NCBI GenBank assembly: GCA_030390025.1 | Contig: CM059438.1 | Location: forward strand, 64,234,001-64,298,000 | Source of the DNA: Squalus acanthias | Taxonomy: Eukaryota | Length of the DNA stretch: 64,000 bases | Reading direction: 5' to 3' | Part shown: positions 58,479 to 64,000 of the stretch, piece after piece | How the letters are laid out: each line of letters begins with the position of its first letter | How positions within the stretch are numbered: position 1 is the first letter of the stretch | The notes under the pieces: model-generated | The model's input: the letters and a program-made list of their open reading frames with translations, nothing else | The model's database searches: none | What the model was told of the DNA's origin: nothing | Program-made: the position numbers and the translations under genes

Positions 58479-59248
58479 AGTGGGCCAGAAATTCGGCTCT
58501 CCGGCTTCCTGCGGGTGCAAGCATGGCGCGCGTTCTTGCCTACCGCGCCTGCCGTTGTGCTTCGGGCCCACGAGGAATTCGGGTCCTGGGCCTCCTGCAG
58601 CTGCCGGCGCGCAGTGCTTGCGTATCCCAGGGCGCAGTTAGTTCGAAGCGTCCCCTGGGATCACGTGGGCCATGGAGAGCCAATCCTAGCAGGGAATTTT
58701 CATTCATAGATTTGACAGGAAGACCTGTTAAATCTATGAATAGAGATCGGCCCTAAAACCACACTAAAACTTCAAATACATTTTAAAAGAACCATCACAT
58801 TTTTAAAATAACTATAAATTACATAAATTAACTACTTTAAACAAAAATTTAAATTTTTGAAAAAATTAATTAAACTTTTTAACGGTGCTAAAAATAAACT
58901 TACCTTTCCTTAAAGTATGTAAAAAAGATAAACCTGTTGAAAAAATGTTTAAATTGTAATTAATTAACCACTTACCTTGTTAAAAACAGGCCTTGCGCCT
59001 CCTTTTTAAATGTGCAGCTTCTCCATACTTACCCTCACGGAGAAACCTGAAAAAAAAAACGAAGTTTGCTGCGTGCGCGCTGCCTCTCCCGCGCACGCGT
59101 TCGACCTCTGAACCCCTTCCTTCAGGGGAACGGAAGTTCCGGTTTCCCGCGCATGCGCAGTGCATGTGTGAAACCGGCACTTCAGGTGGCCTTACGGGTG
59201 AGTACACAGCGCGTACTCACCCGACAAGAGCCGAATTTCTGGCCCACT
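58479..59248. mobile_element. Non-autonomous TIR element (Harbinger-like MITE)
   Basis: Perfect 22-bp inverted repeat agtgggccagaaattcggctct / agagccgaatttctggcccact; GC-rich arms with AT-rich centre. Confidence 0.8.
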
Positions 59249-59269
59249 AAGTTTGGAGCAGTATTTCTG

Positions 59270-59560
59270 CCATGGACTCATACCCCTTCCAGTTCGTTGC
59301 CCCTCACCTGCAACTGCTGACTCGCGTTGGGATAAAATTCCATGGGCACTGGCTTCCTTGCAGGACCTCAGTCTGGTGACCATTCTTCACACGGGAACTG
59401 AGACAGTATTCAAGCATCATTAAAGCCTCGTCCTGTGCTCGCTCGACATCCCCGCACATGCGTTTTCCACCTTCGAGTCATTGGGCAGAGATTAAGTGGC
59501 TAATTTATCTTCCCCTTCCCTAGCCCAGTGATACTGAAGCCAGTTGTAACACTCTTATCT
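59270..59560 (-). mobile_element. AmnSINE2-like SINE, degenerate
   Basis: tgctgactc...ccatgggcactgg...gaccattcttca...ccttccctagcccag..actgaagccagttgta. Confidence 0.55.
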
Positions 59561-59567
59561 TTGCCCA

Positions 59568-60527
59568 ACAACAACAACAACTTTTATTTATATAGCGCCT
59601 TTAACGCAGTAAAACGTCCCAAGGCGCTTCACAAGAGTATTAAAAGACAAAAAATACGGACACCGAGCCACATAAGGATAAATTAGGCAGGTGACCAAAA
59701 GCTTGGTCAAAGAGGTAGGTTTTAAGGAGCGTCTTAACGGAGGAAAGAGAGGTAGAGAGGTTTACGGAGGGAATTCCGGAACTTAGGGCTTAGGCAACAG
59801 AAGGCACGGTCACCGAAGGTTGAGCGATTATAATCAGGGATGCTCAAGAGGGCAGAAATGGAGGAGCGCGGATATCTTGGGGGGTTGTGGGGCTGAAGGA
59901 GATTAAAGAGATAAGGAGGGGCGAAGCCATGGAGGGATTTGAAAACAAGAATGAGAATTTTGAAATCGAGGCGCTGCTTAACTGGGAGCCAATGTAGGTC
60001 AGCGAGCACAGGGGTGATGGGCGAACGGGACTTGGTGTGAGTTAGGACACGGGCAGCCGAGTTTTGGATGACCTCAAGTTTACATAGGGTAGAATGTGGG
60101 AAGCCAGCCAGGAGTGCGTTGGAATAGTCAAGTCTAGAGGTAACAAAGGCATGGATGAGGGTTTCAGCAGCGGATGAGCTGAGGCAAGGGCGGAGACGGA
60201 CGATGTTACGGAGGTGGAAGTAGGCGGTCTTAGTTATGCTGCGGATATGTGGTCGGAAGCTCATTTCAGGGTCAAATATGACACCAAGGTTGAGAACAGT
60301 GTGGTTCAGCCTCAGACAGATGTTAGGGAGAGAGATGGAGTCAGTGGCTAGGGAATGGAGTTTGTGGCGGGGACCGAAAACAATGGCTTCAGTCTTCCCA
60401 ATATTTAATTGGAGAAAATTTCTGCTCATCCAGAACTGTATGTCGGACAAGCAGTCTGACAATTTAGAGACCGTGGAGGGGTCGAGAGAAGAGGTCGTGA
60501 GGTAGAGCTGGGTGTTGTCAGCGTACA
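59568..60527 (-). mobile_element. Young L2 3' fragment
   Basis: Open ORF from YADNTQLY onward (59734-60561); (caa)n tail. Confidence 0.95.
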
Positions 60528-60596
60528 GGCAAAGATCAGCTAATTTACCACATGGAATCAATGCTAGGATTTTCCTGGTCTATGGGATTCAGTTTC

Positions 60597-61040
60597 ATAT
60601 AGGAAAAGGAATAGGCCATCCAACCCTTTGAGCCTCTTCCGCCATTCTATTAGATCATCGCTGATCTTCATCTCAACTCCTTTTACCTGCCTCTCTCCAT
60701 ATACTCTGATTCCCTTACCTAACAAAAATCTGTCAATCTCAGTCTTGAAAATTTCGATTGACCTAGCATCGACAGCCTTATGGGGGAGAGAATTCCAGAT
60801 TTCTACTGCTCTTTGTGTGAAAAAGTGCTTCCTGATTTCACTCCTGAATGGACGAACTCTAATTTTAAGATGATGCCCCCTTGTTCTGGATTTCCCCACC
60901 GGAGGAAGTAGTTTCTCTGTATCCACCCTGTCGAATCCCTTTATCATTTTAAAAACCGCGATTAGATCACCCCTCAACCTTCTAAACTCAAGGGAATACA
61001 AGCCAAGTTTTGCAACCTGTTCTCATAATTTAACCCTTTA
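60597..61040 (-). mobile_element. CR1 3' fragment
   Basis: ORF 60564-61001 YSLEFRRLRGDLI. Confidence 0.92.
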
Positions 61041-61699
61041 GTAACTGAACCTTGGAGACCAGGAATTACCCAACATTCTTTCTGGACGGTAACGACCAAA
61101 GTTATTTCTTGGCTGCTGCTGAATGAGCATGAGTGCGTTTGGGCTCTCCAGAGTCTCCGGCCAATAACAGCTCGAGCGGTCAGGATAAGCGGCCCATATG
61201 TCCAGCACTGCTTCAGTGACATTAGCAGCTTGGAGCTGGAATGAAACCTGCGGCTGATGAGGTAAGTGTGACAAGAGGTAATTGATCTAATTGACCTCCA
61301 GAGAGTAGCGAGATGTCGGTGTGCCAACCTGATGTCACTGCACTGCTGTCCTTAATCTACAGCTCAATGGTTGCCAGATGGCATGTGATTTGCAGCAGAG
61401 TGAACGTGGCAGACCTCAGATCAGTTCCTTGCCCCCTCCCCCCTCCCCCACCTCAATCCAGGCATAAAACCGTAAATGAGATATGTGACTGAAAACGAGA
61501 GGCTGTCTGTCTGACTTGCCTGTTGCAGGTTAAGCTGCAGTCACAAAGACAGAAGATAATTAATAAATTAATTGTGAAAACGCCACACTGAAATAAAAGT
61601 ACAGATAGAAGATAATGAAGTAGATATGAAGATCTATTTCAAAGGCCTAATCTATCACATCTTTAAAGCATTCAAATTTCCGATGAATAAATTGTACTT

Positions 61700-61900
61700 C
61701 AACCTCTCTGCCTCGCTACCTCTCTCTCTTCCTTTAAGATGCTCCTTAAAACCTACCTCTTTGACCAACCCTCTGGTCACTTGTCCTAATATCTCCTTAT
61801 GTGGCTTTGTGTCAAATTTTGTGATTACGCTACTGCGAAGTACCTGTAAAACTGATGCTTTACTATGTTAAAAGAGCTACAAAATGAAGGTTGTTGCTAT
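61700..61900 (+). mobile_element. L2 3' tail
   Basis: ctccttaaaacctacctctttgacc...ctccttatgtggct. Confidence 0.8.
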
Positions 61901-62503
61901 AACAGCAGATTTAGGCAAAAGGGTTTTCTTCATTTATGATACACCAAAAATATCTTGAAGGTAAAGTTTGATAAAGTTGCTGATATTTTGGGGAAAAGAG
62001 TTATCATTACATTAGACTCGTGAGAGAAACTGATGGCACCGTAGCCACAGGTTTAAAGATCAGTGGGAACCGGCCCATTCTCTGAAGCACTTGCCATCTT
62101 AGCTCTCAACAGTCTTAAGCCAAGCACTTTGTAAAGATATTCGTTTGAAGTCTACAGGCTATGGATTGTGATCATGAGGCAGTCAGACTGTATCTGGAGT
62201 GTCGGAGAGGGAGATCAGAAACTTTACAAATGACGACAGGACTGTAGATAAAAGGAAAATGGAGATCCATTGGTCAGTCCAGAGTTTGAAAAGTAACTGC
62301 CACATTTTGGTATTTTTGATTTTTTTTTTCTTCATGGAAAGGATTTGGGGATTGAATTATGTTTAAGGGTTGTGCTTTAAAACAAAGTGAATTCACATAG
62401 GTTTGACAAAGAGGCTGGAGGCATTGAAGAATATGAATTAAAGCCATTTTGCAGGATGTCACATCTCACGGTGTATTTTGAACAAACAGAACGAGGATCT
62501 ATT

Positions 62504-62622
62504 GGGGTAGATTTTCAACTGGCTGCCCGGGCATAAAACTGGCGTTGCGGATTGGCCACCCATTTTAGAAACTGCCAGATGGGTAATCCCATTTCCTGGG
62601 TGAAAATTTGAAAATCTATCCC
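62504..62622. mobile_element. 119-bp MITE (Harbinger-like termini)
   Basis: TIR ggggtagattttcaa / ttgaaaatctatccc (14/15). Confidence 0.65.
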
Positions 62623-64000
62623 ATCGTCTCATCCCGGGCCTATTAGTGAGGATAAATGGGGACATCATGCATTTTGTCATTTTGTGTCAGGTGGGCAGCA
62701 AATATTCCCCCCCCACCCCACATTGTGTTCAGGATGATCCGATTTGTTTGGGGATGGCATGAGGAGGCTACGGGCGGTATGGTCCTGGGAGAGGAGCCAG
62801 TTGGGCTGATTGACAGGCCTGCTGTTGAATCCCTGCACATGGAACTATCAAACATACCACCCCTCTGCTTCCTGGAGTCAGAGCTAACAGAAAAGAAGAG
62901 ACAATCCATGTACTCATGTTTTTGAACACACTTTAGGCTTACCTGGATTTTGACAGGATATTATGGAATAATCATGGTTGAATTGGCAGAAGATGGTATG
63001 TCAGACAACAGAAGTGCTCTACCACCTTGCTCTGTTTCAAGAATATCTCTATACCCAATTATTTTACAAAATGGTGGCTGTTGATGGTCCAATACCATGA
63101 TCCAAGTCCAAGAGGGTGCAATTATTTCGGTTCAACACATCGCACTAATGTATTTTTATAGTCAGTGAGATATATATAAAAAATTTATTGTTTCACCCCC
63201 AGACAGAAGCCGCTCACGAGCCAATCACTCAGAAAGCAGAGGAGTTGTACTTATAAAGATATTCAAAAAATAGAGGCATGCGAGTACAATGAGCCAACCA
63301 GACTGTAAATCCCTCGTTTCCAAATGCGCACCATAATTCTTAAAAAAAAAGGAAGAAAATGTTGTTTCAGTATTTCAGTTCAGTTCAGATCTACGTCCAA
63401 TTGCAGCAATTATGGACTACTTTGTTAGCTGGTTGGCTGGCTGCCATGTCCAATGCATGCATCCCCCAAGAATTTTATCTCCTTATTTTGCAACTGTTAG
63501 TCAATTAGTTTGGTTATAATTGTTTGGCAAAGAGCCTGGAATCTGGCACTCCCAAGTTGTTCATCTTATATTGTGGTTTTGTGCTAGTAATTGGGACGCA
63601 CACAATAATGAAGTTAGCGTTCCCAGGGTGGTGCTGGATGAGGTGACTGTGTGCGTGCGTGGACTAATCATTCCATCTGTGTCGATGGATTTAGGCCCTC
63701 AGTTATTTACTACTGTGTCATCCTGTGATTGAATTCAAGGTTCAAGCTTGGATTAATCCAGCTGTTCCCAAGATCCCCGAGTTATTTTGTTTATTGCTTA
63801 AATTCTGATTTATTTCCAATTTGCACAAGCCTTATGCCATCGTGTGAGATGACCTCCAGTAACTCGAAGCATCATGCAAAAACTTAAGTTGCAAAGATTT
63901 GCCAGTTTAAAATTAAATATTGTAGCACCATCCTGTTAGCGGACATTCAACTAACAAGCCGCCATTTATTTTCTCCTCCAGTCTTCTCCCTTCTCCTGAA

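Noticed and set aside
62957..62995. 39-nt AG/GT-bounded micro-exon (YYGIIMVELAED)
   Set aside because: Weak polypyrimidine tract; expected by chance in 64 kb

Overview
Vertebrate non-coding DNA, roughly half to two-thirds transposon-derived by eye. The repeat content points to a cartilaginous fish, probably a shark (inferred from repeat families, not proven): CR1 and L2 LINEs, SacSINE1/Deu-type and AmnSINE2-like SINEs, and Penelope-like ends. I found no recognisable host protein-coding gene, so this looks like a large intron or gene desert with a few AT-rich, homeodomain-motif-dense islands. Every long ORF is LINE reverse transcriptase or a minisatellite artefact. Notable items: (1) a near full-length CR1 with an esterase ORF1, an 870-codon open APE-RT stretch and a doubled 3' tail; (2) two solo LTRs with 4-bp TSDs; (3) a hammerhead ribozyme motif in a Penelope-like end; (4) a Penelope-like insertion collapsed to a 35-bp hairpin between 12-bp TSDs; (5) several PIF/Harbinger-type TIR elements, one retaining a Myb/SANT exon; (6) a 34-bp locally templated insertion; (7) a CR1-tailed repeat with an unusually conserved 41-nt core. 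Family names come from recalled consensus similarity, not database searches, and boundaries without a TSD are approximate.
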